IMG/VR virus record: IMGVR_UViG_3300027971_000028
Coordinates: 69,337 to 133,336 of that record
From: a virus
Reading direction: 5' to 3' (one strand)
DNA length: 64,000 nucleotides
How positions within the stretch are numbered: position 1 is the first letter of the stretch; each line of letters begins with the position of its first letter. This document shows positions 1-9,043 of the stretch, in pieces. The translations under genes were made by a program, and so were the position numbers. Under the pieces are notes generated by a model. The model did no database searches, was not told the DNA's origin, and worked only from the letters and a program-made list of their open reading frames with translations.

Positions 1-151
1 CTCAACTACAGCAATTGGAACAGATGGAACAGCCCAGACTCTAAATGTTGGATCCCTTGGATCAGGTCGTGATTACACCGTTTCGGTTGTAGTTCGTGAT
101 CTTGCTACAGGACAAGAGACTGTGATTAGTGGTGAAGGCATATCTAAGTAA
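1..151 (+). CDS. 3' end of a gene (partial), beta-strand/FN3-like C-terminus
   Basis: Open frame from base 2: STTAIGTDGTAQTLNVGSLGSGRDYTVSVVVRDLATGQETVISGEGISK*, followed by a terminator. Confidence 0.6.
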   Translation, partial: STTAIGTDGTAQTLNVGSLGSGRDYTVSVVVRDLATGQETVISGEGISK

Positions 152-161
152 TACAACATAT

Positions 162-198
162 AAAATAGGGATCACTTATAGAGAGTGATCCCTATTTT
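162..198 (+). terminator. Intrinsic terminator
   Basis: Perfect 15-bp inverted repeat AAAATAGGGATCACT-N7-AGTGATCCCTATTTT followed by Ts. Confidence 0.85.
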
Positions 199-225
199 TT
201 ATATATTCCATGTTAAAATTAAGTT

Positions 226-906
226 ATGACTCGCTCAATTATCTTAGTTCCATCTAGAACTAGACCTAAAAGATTTGTTAAAGCAGTGGACTCTCTAAGA
301 TATCACTCAACTGTTTCGGACATAGTTGCTTGCTTAGATGAGGATGATCACGCTTTATATCCAAGGATGCAGGGTATTAAGTATGAGATAGGACCTAAAC
401 CAGAGCAGTTAGGTGTAAATGAAAAACTAAATCGCATGGCAAATAAGTATATGGACGAGTATGACTACATTCTTTGGGCAGCGGATGACACGACTGTTAT
501 GACACCTAAGTGGGATGAAAACCTTATTAATGCAATAAAAGATGTGCCTATGGGCATCTCATACCCAGATGATTTGGCTCAAAGGGCTCTTTTACCTAGC
601 AACGGAACTTGTTTTGATTCAAATATTGTAAAAACACTTGGATACCTAGCCCCTCCTGAGTTATTACATTTATATATAGATAATTTTTGGAAACTACTAG
701 GAGATGCTATGCAGACTCTTAGATACTGCCCTGAAGTTATCTTAGAACATCACCACTACGCAGTTCGCAAGGCACCTTCTGATGATTTATATGCTGCGAT
801 AAACTCTCCTTGGATGTATGAGCGAGATAGGAATGCTTTGGCTAAATATAAGATGACAAATTTTCAGAGTGATATTACAAAACTAAAAGAGGCAATTAAC
901 AAATGA
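226..906 (+). CDS. GT-A fold (GT2-like) glycosyltransferase
   Basis: N-terminal VPSRTRP, DEDD, WAADD DxD-like motif, YIDN, EHHHY. Confidence 0.75.
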   Translation: MTRSIILVPSRTRPKRFVKAVDSLRYHSTVSDIVACLDEDDHALYPRMQGIKYEIGPKPEQLGVNEKLNRMANKYMDEYDYILWAADDTTVMTPKWDENLINAIKDVPMGISYPDDLAQRALLPSNGTCFDSNIVKTLGYLAPPELLHLYIDNFWKLLGDAMQTLRYCPEVILEHHHYAVRKAPSDDLYAAINSPWMYERDRNALAKYKMTNFQSDITKLKEAINK

Positions 907-1907
907 AAGTATTAGTAACTGGTGTAGCAGGGTTTATGGGCAGTCATTTAGCAGATGCTTTTCTTGCTAAAGGCTACGATGTTGTGGGAATAGATAATTT
1001 ACTAGGTGGATATGAAGAAAATGTACCTTCAGGTGTTGATTTTCATAATATAGATTTAGATAATTTAGAACTAATCCAACCTCTTTTCAAAGATGTAGAT
1101 TTAGTAGTTCATACTGCTTGTACTGCCTATGAAGGGCTATCCGTATTCTCTCCGTCTCTAGTTGTTAGAAATACCATGCAAATAACAACAAACATAATGA
1201 GTGCTTGCGTAAAGGCTAATGTTAAAAAAATTGTTCATCTATCTTCTATGGCAAGGTATGGCACTCAGGATGTAGTTCCCTTTGTTGAGTCAATGACCCC
1301 TAAGCCTCAGGATCCGTATGGAATTGCAAAGTATGGGGCTGAACTTATGATTAAAAATATTGCAGACACTCACGGACTTAATTATGTAATACTTGTTCCA
1401 CACAACATTATTGGCCCTAGACAAAAATTTGATGACCCTTATAGAAACGTAGCCTCTATTATGATAAATAGAATGCTTCAAGGTAAGCAACCTATTATCT
1501 ATGGAAATGGCGAGCAAAAAAGATGTTTCTCATTTATGCAAGATGTCACTGATCCACTTATGATTGCATGTGAGACTGATGTTGCTGATGGTCGAATTGT
1601 TAATATTGGTCCAGATGAAGAGTTTGTTACCATAAATGAACTAGCTCAGAAACTATCAATAATTCTTGATTTTAAGTTAGATCCAATTTATATGCCAGGA
1701 AGACCTCAAGAAGTATTTCACGCTAACTGCTCAGCCAATCTAGCAAGAGAACTTTTAAACTACAAAACCACTACCTCATTAGAGTCTGGATTAGTAGAAC
1801 TAGTAAACTGGATTAAATCTAAGGGCGCTAGGCAGTTTAATTACCACCTGCCTCTAGAGTTTGTTACTGATAAAACTCCAAAAACTTGGACAGACAGGCT
1901 TATGTAA
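903..1907 (+). CDS. NAD-dependent nucleotide-sugar epimerase/dehydratase (extended SDR)
   Basis: TGVAGFMG Rossmann motif, SSMARYG, YGIAK (YxxxK), HNIIGPRQ, YGNGEQKRCF. Confidence 0.92.
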   Translation: MKVLVTGVAGFMGSHLADAFLAKGYDVVGIDNLLGGYEENVPSGVDFHNIDLDNLELIQPLFKDVDLVVHTACTAYEGLSVFSPSLVVRNTMQITTNIMSACVKANVKKIVHLSSMARYGTQDVVPFVESMTPKPQDPYGIAKYGAELMIKNIADTHGLNYVILVPHNIIGPRQKFDDPYRNVASIMINRMLQGKQPIIYGNGEQKRCFSFMQDVTDPLMIACETDVADGRIVNIGPDEEFVTINELAQKLSIILDFKLDPIYMPGRPQEVFHANCSANLARELLNYKTTTSLESGLVELVNWIKSKGARQFNYHLPLEFVTDKTPKTWTDRLM

Positions 1908-2769
1908 AACTAGTAATAGATTTATATTTTTCTGTTCTATTTTCTTTATTTTTTAAGTAATTAAACCACCACCTAGAGGCCCCAAGATTCTCACTCAAGG
2001 TAAGGACTCCATATATAGTTCTGTTGTCTATGTATTGAGTAATCCCTTTATCTCTAGCCGAGTTAGAAAAAACCATATACTCCCAGCGGTCTGACTGCTC
2101 TAGATAATTAAGTTCAGATAGGTACTCTCTTTTAATCAGATAAGTGCAGTGAACACACATGCATTCAATTAACCCTCTTACCTCTTGATTTAAAATTTTG
2201 TAGTAAATATCTTCTGCAATAATTGACCCAAAGTCATCTACTTTGTCGTGGTAGTTTGAGTAGTACCTGCTCATATGACCTTCTCGCTTAGCAGCCTCTA
2301 TAGGAGTATCAGCGTTTTCTCCAAGCGCAACCGCATACCTTAAGAAGGGAGCAACTATAGGTAAGTCTAGTTTTACTAACTCTTTAAGAGTTTCTGGGAA
2401 CAAGAAGTTGTCGGTATCTACTACAAAATAATACTCGCAATCTGTGAGTAAGGCTTGATTCATACTTTCTTGACGAATTTTTCCTAGAACCCTAAATCTT
2501 TCCCCATTCCAGAAATGAACATCATACTGCTCTACCTTCTCTGGAACATCTTCGCTGTTATAGATTAATCCTTTATATTTATCACCGTACTCTTCTACCC
2601 ACTCTTCTAAAAGTTGTTTTGTGTTATCTGTGTTGTTATTAGTTCTTATGTAGATAAATATGTTTTCTTTAGGATAGTCCCAATCATTTAAACTTTCTAA
2701 AAAAAGTGGAAGAACTGCTTCTTTTTGTTTTACAAGAAGGGCTAAGAATACGTTTGGCTGTGTCATCAA
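1900..2769 (-). CDS. Glycosyltransferase resembling the procollagen galactosyltransferase (COLGALT/PLOD) GT-A domain
   Basis: DYPKENIFIYIRTNNNTDNT, EEWVE, IRQESM, YYFVVDTDNFL, IVAPFL, YSNY, VHCTYLI match, in order, my recollection of COLGALT1 N-domain motifs. Confidence 0.75.
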   Translation of the reverse strand: MMTQPNVFLALLVKQKEAVLPLFLESLNDWDYPKENIFIYIRTNNNTDNTKQLLEEWVEEYGDKYKGLIYNSEDVPEKVEQYDVHFWNGERFRVLGKIRQESMNQALLTDCEYYFVVDTDNFLFPETLKELVKLDLPIVAPFLRYAVALGENADTPIEAAKREGHMSRYYSNYHDKVDDFGSIIAEDIYYKILNQEVRGLIECMCVHCTYLIKREYLSELNYLEQSDRWEYMVFSNSARDKGITQYIDNRTIYGVLTLSENLGASRWWFNYLKNKENRTEKYKSITSFT

Positions 2770-3803
2770 ATGCCTTGACGGTAGAAAACTAGGTTGTTTT
2801 TTAATCTAGTCTCACTTGGATTTCCCTTAAGGGCGCTTTCTCCATACTCTACTGCTTTTTCTTTATCTCCTAAATTATGAGCAGATAAGGCTCTCATATC
2901 ATCTAGCATCCAGTTCCATAGCGCTTCAGATGATAAATAATGTTTAGTTGGTTCACACTTAGCAACTAACTTACAGGTCTCCCAGACGCCACCCCAGTCG
3001 GATTGTTCATAGTAACAACGTACTTTTTCATAATAAGCCTCACCGCATGGGTCAATTGATATTGCTTTATCTGCCCAAGTATGTGCCTCTTCAAGTCTTC
3101 CTAAATTTCTACATGCTTCAGATGCAAATCTGCAAACTGCTGCACGCTCTATGTACCAGTCTTTACTAAATTCAGTAACCTTTTCAGCACTACTTATTAC
3201 TAACTCCCACATTCTGTAGTAGTAATACTCACGGCAAAGGTAGACCCAGATTCTGTGATCTTCTCCAAACTCTTTACTTGCTGCCACAAGCATTGTCATA
3301 TATTGACCACGAGACTTTGTATTATCTGGCTTGTGATACATCTTGGTAGGAATAGTGCAACTCATTAGAGGTGTATCAAGGGATGGAACAAATACTTCAT
3401 GAATAGGGTACTTCCAATAAATACCGTCTCTAGCGTGCAAACGAGCACCGAGCCAAGTGTGACCAGTATCAAAATCACACCAGCCTTTGTTAGCACCAGG
3501 TGCCCAATGTTCTTTTACTTTTTTAAAAAAATCTTCATCTACTGTCTCATCTAAATCTAAACTTAAACAGACATCTATATCGGTTGGTAATAGGCTTTGA
3601 GCAGTATTTCTTGCAACATCAAATCTCCAAGGTTTTACACTTATTTCATAGACAATAATGCCATTACTTCTTAGTATCTCTACCGTTTTATCTGTAGATC
3701 CTGTGTCACAAACCAATCTAAAATCTGCATTTTTAGTAGTATCTGCCCACCGCTGGGCGTGCTTCTCTTCATTTAAGGCAATAGCGTAGGCAGCAACTTT
3801 CAT
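2766..3803 (-). CDS. GT2 glycosyltransferase with C-terminal TPR-like helical repeats
   Basis: IALNEEKH, DTGSTDKT, FDVARN, LDLDE, IHE; helical A/Y-rich C-half (EEAHTWADKAISIDP, EAYYEK). Confidence 0.85.
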   Translation of the reverse strand: MKVAAYAIALNEEKHAQRWADTTKNADFRLVCDTGSTDKTVEILRSNGIIVYEISVKPWRFDVARNTAQSLLPTDIDVCLSLDLDETVDEDFFKKVKEHWAPGANKGWCDFDTGHTWLGARLHARDGIYWKYPIHEVFVPSLDTPLMSCTIPTKMYHKPDNTKSRGQYMTMLVAASKEFGEDHRIWVYLCREYYYYRMWELVISSAEKVTEFSKDWYIERAAVCRFASEACRNLGRLEEAHTWADKAISIDPCGEAYYEKVRCYYEQSDWGGVWETCKLVAKCEPTKHYLSSEALWNWMLDDMRALSAHNLGDKEKAVEYGESALKGNPSETRLKNNLVFYRQGI

Positions 3804-3997
3804 AATCCAACTATACCATTTCTGGCATATCTATCCTTTAATGGTAAAAGTGTGTCTTATTCTTATTAAATCTTTGATCTGACCAGTAAAAGTATGGTCT
3901 AACTTTATGTTTATACACAGGTTTTCTTGACTTTAAATGCCGTAAAACACGAGGTAGTATTTTTCTGCCTACTCTCTTATATGAAGAGCAGGAAGAT

Positions 3998-4048
3998 TTA
4001 GTCTGACGCACTCAAAACAAAGGAGGCTGCAGTTACCAGTATTGGCAC
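3998..4048 (-). other. 16-codon mini-ORF MPILVTAASFVLSASD (adhesin-leader remnant or regulatory peptide)
   Basis: AAGGAGG SD then GTG; starts like the MPILGTAAS leaders of the Gly-rich genes. Confidence 0.4.
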
Positions 4049-4060
4049 TACAACCTCCTT
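4020..4060 (-). terminator. Hairpin/terminator after the minus-strand fibre operon
   Basis: Minus strand AAGGAGGTTGTAGT...ACTGCAGCCTCCTT, 14-bp stem with two G-U pairs, followed by TGTTTTG. Confidence 0.6.
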
Positions 4061-4071
4061 ATAATTTTTAA

Positions 4072-4308
4072 TTAAATTACTAGTACAGCCGCTTCTTCTT
4101 CAGTAAGGGGAGTTCCAGCAATTAACTTTGCTCTTGCAGAAGCCTTAAGTGCTGCTGTTGCAGCCGCAGCTTCTTCGCGCTCAGCCTGTGCTGTTGCAAA
4201 TGCTGCAGCGTCTTGATCACGTTGTGCAATCTCTTGTGCTGTTAACGGAATAGTTTGTGCTATTCCAGTTGAGCAATCTACTACTATTTTTGTAGGTGTC
4301 TCGGCCAT
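4072..4308 (-). CDS. Hypothetical fibre-associated protein
   Basis: 78 aa, VVDCSTG..IPLT..EIAQR, Ala-rich helix; last gene of the operon. Confidence 0.7.
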   Translation of the reverse strand: MAETPTKIVVDCSTGIAQTIPLTAQEIAQRDQDAAAFATAQAEREEAAAATAALKASARAKLIAGTPLTEEEAAVLVI

Positions 4309-4310
4309 GT

Positions 4311-4679
4311 TTATGCTACCTCTATCCAGCTAGTTGTTTCTTCATCCCAACGATACATTTTCTCATCTGTTGGCATTGGAGTTGGGGCTTGCCAATTACA
4401 TGTTGCCTCATCTAATACCCATGAAGCGTAAGGTTTTGGCGCAATAAACGCGTCTTTTACGGCGTCAAATGTGTAGCCAACTCCTGCATAATTCTTGCGA
4501 TATGGTGTTCCGCCGTTAGCGTGAACTCCACCTTGTGTGTTGTAGGAAGTCTTCTTCCAAGTTCCACCTAGACCTAGGTCATCGGCTAAATACTCTTGAC
4601 CCCGATTTTCTTGAGCATCTGGAACAACAAGTACACGTACTACTGTATTGCTCTCATCTATCTCGGCAAAATGTGCCAT
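4311..4679 (-). CDS. Small Trp-rich partner of Gly-rich adhesins (putative fibre chaperone), paralogue 1
   Basis: MAHFAEID, TSYN, KNYAGVGYTFD, FIAPKPYASW, WQAPTPMP, WDE..SW; own TATAAT and RBS upstream. Confidence 0.75.
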   Translation of the reverse strand: MAHFAEIDESNTVVRVLVVPDAQENRGQEYLADDLGLGGTWKKTSYNTQGGVHANGGTPYRKNYAGVGYTFDAVKDAFIAPKPYASWVLDEATCNWQAPTPMPTDEKMYRWDEETTSWIEVA

Positions 4680-4732
4680 ATATTTTTCTCCTTATTCCTT
4701 GTAGTTATTATATCACGATTTTTAGGTTAAAT

Positions 4733-6076
4733 TTATTTTGCGTATCTTATAATTACTAAACCGCTACCGCCAGCACCTGATGCATAAATACTTTGATTCG
4801 CACCACCACCGCCACCGCCAGTATTAGCAATACCAGCAGTACCTAATGTTGTTGTTGCATATAATGCTCCTCTACCACCACCGCCTAAACCGCCGAGTGC
4901 AAATGAACCACCTTCAACCGCTCCGCCTCCGCCTCCTGCATAATATCCAGAATCTCCTGTACTAGTTGCAGATGCCCAAGTTGAGTATGATGCTCCAATT
5001 CCACCTGTTCCAACAGTTGATGGGCCTGCGCTTGTTCCAGCAGCACCTTTACCACCACCTCCACCACCAACAAAGAAACCACTTCCACGATAACCGCCGC
5101 CGCCTGCATTACCTTGACCGCCTGCAAGTGCGGCTCCGCCAGATGTGTAATCTCCGTTATTGGTTCCCATTGAACCACCACCGCCACCAGATTGACCATT
5201 ACTGCCAGTGCTATTCCACCAACTACCACCACCACCACCAAGAATTGTGTTTCCATTGAATGTTGTGTTACTTCCTGTTGCCCCATTACCACCAGTAGTT
5301 GCAGCGCCACCAGCACCAATTACAACAGGGTATCCAGTTGCGGTTAAAGATTGAGATGTATATTCAACTAAACCACCCGCTCCACCACCACCTGCATATT
5401 GGCTTCCACCTGAACCTCCACCTGCAATAGCAAGTACATCAGCAGTTATTGATTGCGTAGGAGTAAATGTGCCTGAGAATGGAAACGTATGATACCAGTA
5501 GGTACCGTCAGAGGATACGATTCCGCCAGTTGCTTTACTACCGCTAGTCACATTTGAGATGCCGTATAGGTAGAAGGTAGAGCCTGATACAAAGTTACCT
5601 GAGCCATATACAGCGCTTATTTTTATATCTGTAATTGGGTTAGAAGTACTTATTAAGCCAGCATTTAATACAGCATAAGCAGTTGAGGCATTGTTTTCAG
5701 ATACGCCATCAGTACTTACAGATTTGCTATTAGCAGAAGTATAATTAGGAATATAAATCTCAGTATTACCAAATGTACTTGCAGTAGAGGTAGGACCATT
5801 AGACATACCTAAGTACAAATAAGTAGTAGCACTTGATTGACTTCCAGTAGTAGATCCACTTCCATAAAGTTGTTTAGCAGAATAAATTGAACCAGTATTT
5901 ATTGTTTCATTGTAGCCAACCTGTAGAGATAGATCAGTATTAGGTTGTCCATCTCTATCATCTCTAGCAGACACTAATATTTTTAAGTCAGTATAAGTTT
6001 GTGGAATAGCACTAAAGGTAATGCTTGCTGCTGTAGAAGACAAAGTCTTGACATCAATTAATTCCATATTTGCCAT
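4733..6076 (-). CDS. Triad subunit C fused to a Gly-rich adhesin-like domain
   Basis: ITFSAIPQTYTDL...FYLYGI domain, then IAGGGSGG...ANTGGGGGG...GSGLVIIRY. Confidence 0.75.
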   Translation of the reverse strand: MANMELIDVKTLSSTAASITFSAIPQTYTDLKILVSARDDRDGQPNTDLSLQVGYNETINTGSIYSAKQLYGSGSTTGSQSSATTYLYLGMSNGPTSTASTFGNTEIYIPNYTSANSKSVSTDGVSENNASTAYAVLNAGLISTSNPITDIKISAVYGSGNFVSGSTFYLYGISNVTSGSKATGGIVSSDGTYWYHTFPFSGTFTPTQSITADVLAIAGGGSGGSQYAGGGGAGGLVEYTSQSLTATGYPVVIGAGGAATTGGNGATGSNTTFNGNTILGGGGGSWWNSTGSNGQSGGGGGSMGTNNGDYTSGGAALAGGQGNAGGGGYRGSGFFVGGGGGGKGAAGTSAGPSTVGTGGIGASYSTWASATSTGDSGYYAGGGGGAVEGGSFALGGLGGGGRGALYATTTLGTAGIANTGGGGGGANQSIYASGAGGSGLVIIRYAK

Positions 6077-6092
6077 TATCTATTCTCCTTTA

Positions 6093-7397
6093 TCACAATG
6101 CGTAACGAATAATTACGATGCCACTACCACCAGTAGCACCGCCATTTCTAGCGCTACCACCTCCACCGCCAGTATTTGCAGTTCCAGCAGTTCCAGTAGT
6201 ACCAATTACACCATCATTCAACCCACCTGCACCGCCACCACCTAAACCACCTGCACCAGCAGAAATTCCACTATTAACGCCAGCGTGACCACCACCACCA
6301 CCTGCAAAATAATAATTTCCACCTGATAATTGACCAGCACCAGTTGTTGCTCCACCAGAAATTGCTGTAGTAGAACCTATACCACCATTACCACCAATAT
6401 TAGATGATGCGTTACTGCCAACAGCGCCTTTACCACCACCACCACCACCTGCACCTTGTGATGAAGTTCCATCACCAGTACCACCATTATTTCCTTGTCC
6501 TGATGTTCCTAACCCAACACTACCGAAAGAACCTCCTTGACCGCCACCTGAACCAAAAGTTCCAGTTGCCGCAGCAGTATTGTAAGTACCTCCGCCTCCA
6601 CCACCTTTTACTAATGTTAATGAACCAAATTTAGAGTCACCACCAGTAGCACCAATAGGTGAACCAGCAGCACCACCACCACCAACTGTTACTGTGTAGT
6701 TAGTTGCAGTAAGTGATTGTCCAGTAAATGTAAGTAAACCACCTGCACCTCCGCCACCTGCATAATAATCTGAACTACCACCAGCACCACCAGCAACAAC
6801 AAGTACATCTGCTGTTATTGCTTCGTTAGGGATAAAAGCACCTGATGAAGTAAAAGCGTGATACATATAAGTACCATCACTTACAACAATATTTCCGCCT
6901 TGTGCTTTCTGAGCCTTATCTCCTACTTGGATTCCGTAGATTGAGAAGGTTGAGCCTGAAGCAAAGTTACCACTTAAAGGAAATAAAGTTAGTGAAGTTA
7001 TTGCTGAGGTATTACGCCAAAGATTAACCCAAGCACCTGTTCTATTATTTGCATTATTTCCACGAACTATTGCAGTTTTGTAAGTTGTTGAATTAGAATA
7101 ATTATTTATTTGATGAATATTGGTATTCAAAGATGCATAAGCCTCTCCACCAACCGCATAATTTTCATTGATATTACGGCCACTAAATGCACTACTACCG
7201 TTACCTAATAAATAAGTTTTTGAATAATTTGTACCAGTATCACCATTATATTGACAACAAATTACTTGAGTATCTATTGTACAAGTTACATTATTAACAA
7301 TAACTAAATCGGTATAGCCTTGTGGAATACTGGAGAAGGTAACTGATGCTGCTGCGCTACCTAGTGTCTGAGTTGCGATGGGTGTATAGGTACTCAT
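6093..7397 (-). CDS. Triad subunit B fused to a Gly-rich adhesin-like domain
   Basis: YTPIATQTL..VTFSSIPQGYTDL...FSIYGI, then Gly-rich domain ending GGSGIVIIRY. Confidence 0.75.
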   Translation of the reverse strand: MSTYTPIATQTLGSAAASVTFSSIPQGYTDLVIVNNVTCTIDTQVICCQYNGDTGTNYSKTYLLGNGSSAFSGRNINENYAVGGEAYASLNTNIHQINNYSNSTTYKTAIVRGNNANNRTGAWVNLWRNTSAITSLTLFPLSGNFASGSTFSIYGIQVGDKAQKAQGGNIVVSDGTYMYHAFTSSGAFIPNEAITADVLVVAGGAGGSSDYYAGGGGAGGLLTFTGQSLTATNYTVTVGGGGAAGSPIGATGGDSKFGSLTLVKGGGGGGTYNTAAATGTFGSGGGQGGSFGSVGLGTSGQGNNGGTGDGTSSQGAGGGGGGKGAVGSNASSNIGGNGGIGSTTAISGGATTGAGQLSGGNYYFAGGGGGHAGVNSGISAGAGGLGGGGAGGLNDGVIGTTGTAGTANTGGGGGSARNGGATGGSGIVIIRYAL

Positions 7398-7987
7398 TAG
7401 GCTCCCTTAATTCCGTATAGGGCAATTGAAGTATATTGTGCAAAATTGTAATTATCTGGATAAAATCTTATAGATGTAATTGCTGCTGTGTTTTGCCAAA
7501 GAGATGAATATAATGCAACTTGGCCGCCACCATTTCTATCTTCACCAAATAATGTTCTAACAGTTTTATATTTATTAGTATTTTTGTAATCAAGAATATC
7601 CATAATATTAACAGATACTACATTTGTGGCAGTTGTTCCCATAGCATTACCAGCATAAGCACCATATCCAACATTTGTATTTGTATACGCTGCTGATGTA
7701 GCACTAGCGCCATCACCTGAAAGAAAATGAAAATTATAATTTGTAGGACTTGATGGAGCATAGTCTCCGTTAAAATAAGCCCAAACCGTACTGCCATAAC
7801 TATTAACTCTTTGAGATTTAGCAATCATGCGAACTTGTAAATGAGTATAAGTTGAAGGGATAGAAGTAAAATCAACATATGCCTGACCAGCAGAACCTAC
7901 CTGCACCATACCAAGTGGGAACATAACTCCAGTATCAGCTCGCGCCTGCTGGTTGGATGAGGCAATAGTGCCAAATAAAATTGGCAT
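7397..7987 (-). CDS. Triad subunit A (virion beta-rich protein)
   Basis: MPILFGTIASS leader, FTSIPSTYTHLQVR, DILDY, ALYGIKG. Confidence 0.7.
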   Translation of the reverse strand: MPILFGTIASSNQQARADTGVMFPLGMVQVGSAGQAYVDFTSIPSTYTHLQVRMIAKSQRVNSYGSTVWAYFNGDYAPSSPTNYNFHFLSGDGASATSAAYTNTNVGYGAYAGNAMGTTATNVVSVNIMDILDYKNTNKYKTVRTLFGEDRNGGGQVALYSSLWQNTAAITSIRFYPDNYNFAQYTSIALYGIKGA

Positions 7988-7991
7988 TAGC

Positions 7992-8525
7992 TTAGGAAAT
8001 GTCGCCTACTACTAAAAACGTATTACTTGCTGTGCAGATTACTGCGGCTGAAGAGTATTGAACTCTTAACTTAGGCGCAGTTGCTGTAGCACCAGATGAG
8101 TTAATAGTTACTCCAGCCCCTTGAGCAAAACTAACCTGACCTGCTCCAGTTTGAGAAACGTTAACAACATCATTAGCACTAAATACTGATGGAGGAATTG
8201 TAAGAGTAATTGCCGCAGCATTACTTAAAGTCACAAGATCATTAAGATCTCCTGCTTGTAAGGTATAGGTTGTTCCAGTTACGTTATTAATAGCCAAAAT
8301 AGCGCTAGCAGCACCTGTTGGTCCAGTTACTGTTGAGCCTGTAGTACCCGTAGCCCCTGTTGAGCCCGTAGGACCTGTTGGCCCTGTAGAACCAGTTGCC
8401 CCAGTAGAGTAAGGAACAGTCGAACGAACGACCTCCCAAACGGTACCGTTCCACTTCCAAACACGGTTGCCAACGGTATGGGTATCGTTGACGGACGGGG
8501 AGTTTGGAAAATCTATTGCTGGCAT
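7992..8525 (-). CDS. Short collagen-like fibre protein
   Basis: [17 protein letters not shown]-module, short GXT run, TYTL..LRVQYSSA..GD C-module. Confidence 0.75.
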   Translation of the reverse strand: MPAIDFPNSPSVNDTHTVGNRVWKWNGTVWEVVRSTVPYSTGATGSTGPTGPTGSTGATGTTGSTVTGPTGAASAILAINNVTGTTYTLQAGDLNDLVTLSNAAAITLTIPPSVFSANDVVNVSQTGAGQVSFAQGAGVTINSSGATATAPKLRVQYSSAAVICTASNTFLVVGDIS

Positions 8526-8645
8526 TTTTTCCTCCTGGTTACCTAGGTATTATAGCAGGTGCTTATCTGCGTTGATAGTTTAAAAACGGTTTTTTAAGGC
8601 GCAATTTTAAAGGATTTATAGCCCTAGAAGGGGGTCTATCCATTA

Positions 8646-8687
8646 TTACCACGGTGCTGCACTCGCTAGGTCTCTTGCTTTAGTCAT
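8646..8687 (-). pseudogene. 13-codon mini-ORF MTKARDLASAAPW (probable truncated fibre gene)
   Basis: TAATG-coupled to the upstream stop; 24 nt identical to 10923-10946. Confidence 0.45.
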
Positions 8688-9043
8688 TAGATTGCCACCT
8701 TAATCCATTCTTTGTTTATTTCAGACCAAGTCCATCTAAAACCTTCAACATCTGCTGGTCTAGCAACTGGTGCTTCCCAATCAAAAGTTGTATAATTTAA
8801 TTTCCAAGATGCATATGGTTGAGGTGTAATAAATACATCAAAGGTACCATCGTATGTATAATCAACTCCAGCCATACGTTTTCTTATATTACCATTGTAA
8901 GATGTTCTTCTAACCATATGTGGAGTTCCTTGTTCATAATATGCTTCAGGAGTTAAACCATCAATTAGTTCAGTTTCATCTTTACCAACTATAACCATTT
9001 CTACTTTATTATTTTCTCTATTTATATATGCGTAATGTGCCAT
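8687..9043 (-). CDS. Small Trp-rich adhesin partner, paralogue 2
   Basis: MAHYAYI, RTSYN, FITPQPYASW, WEAP; ATG at 9043 overlaps the upstream stop (ORF track start 9052). Confidence 0.75.
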   Translation of the reverse strand: MAHYAYINRENNKVEMVIVGKDETELIDGLTPEAYYEQGTPHMVRRTSYNGNIRKRMAGVDYTYDGTFDVFITPQPYASWKLNYTTFDWEAPVARPADVEGFRWTWSEINKEWIKVAI

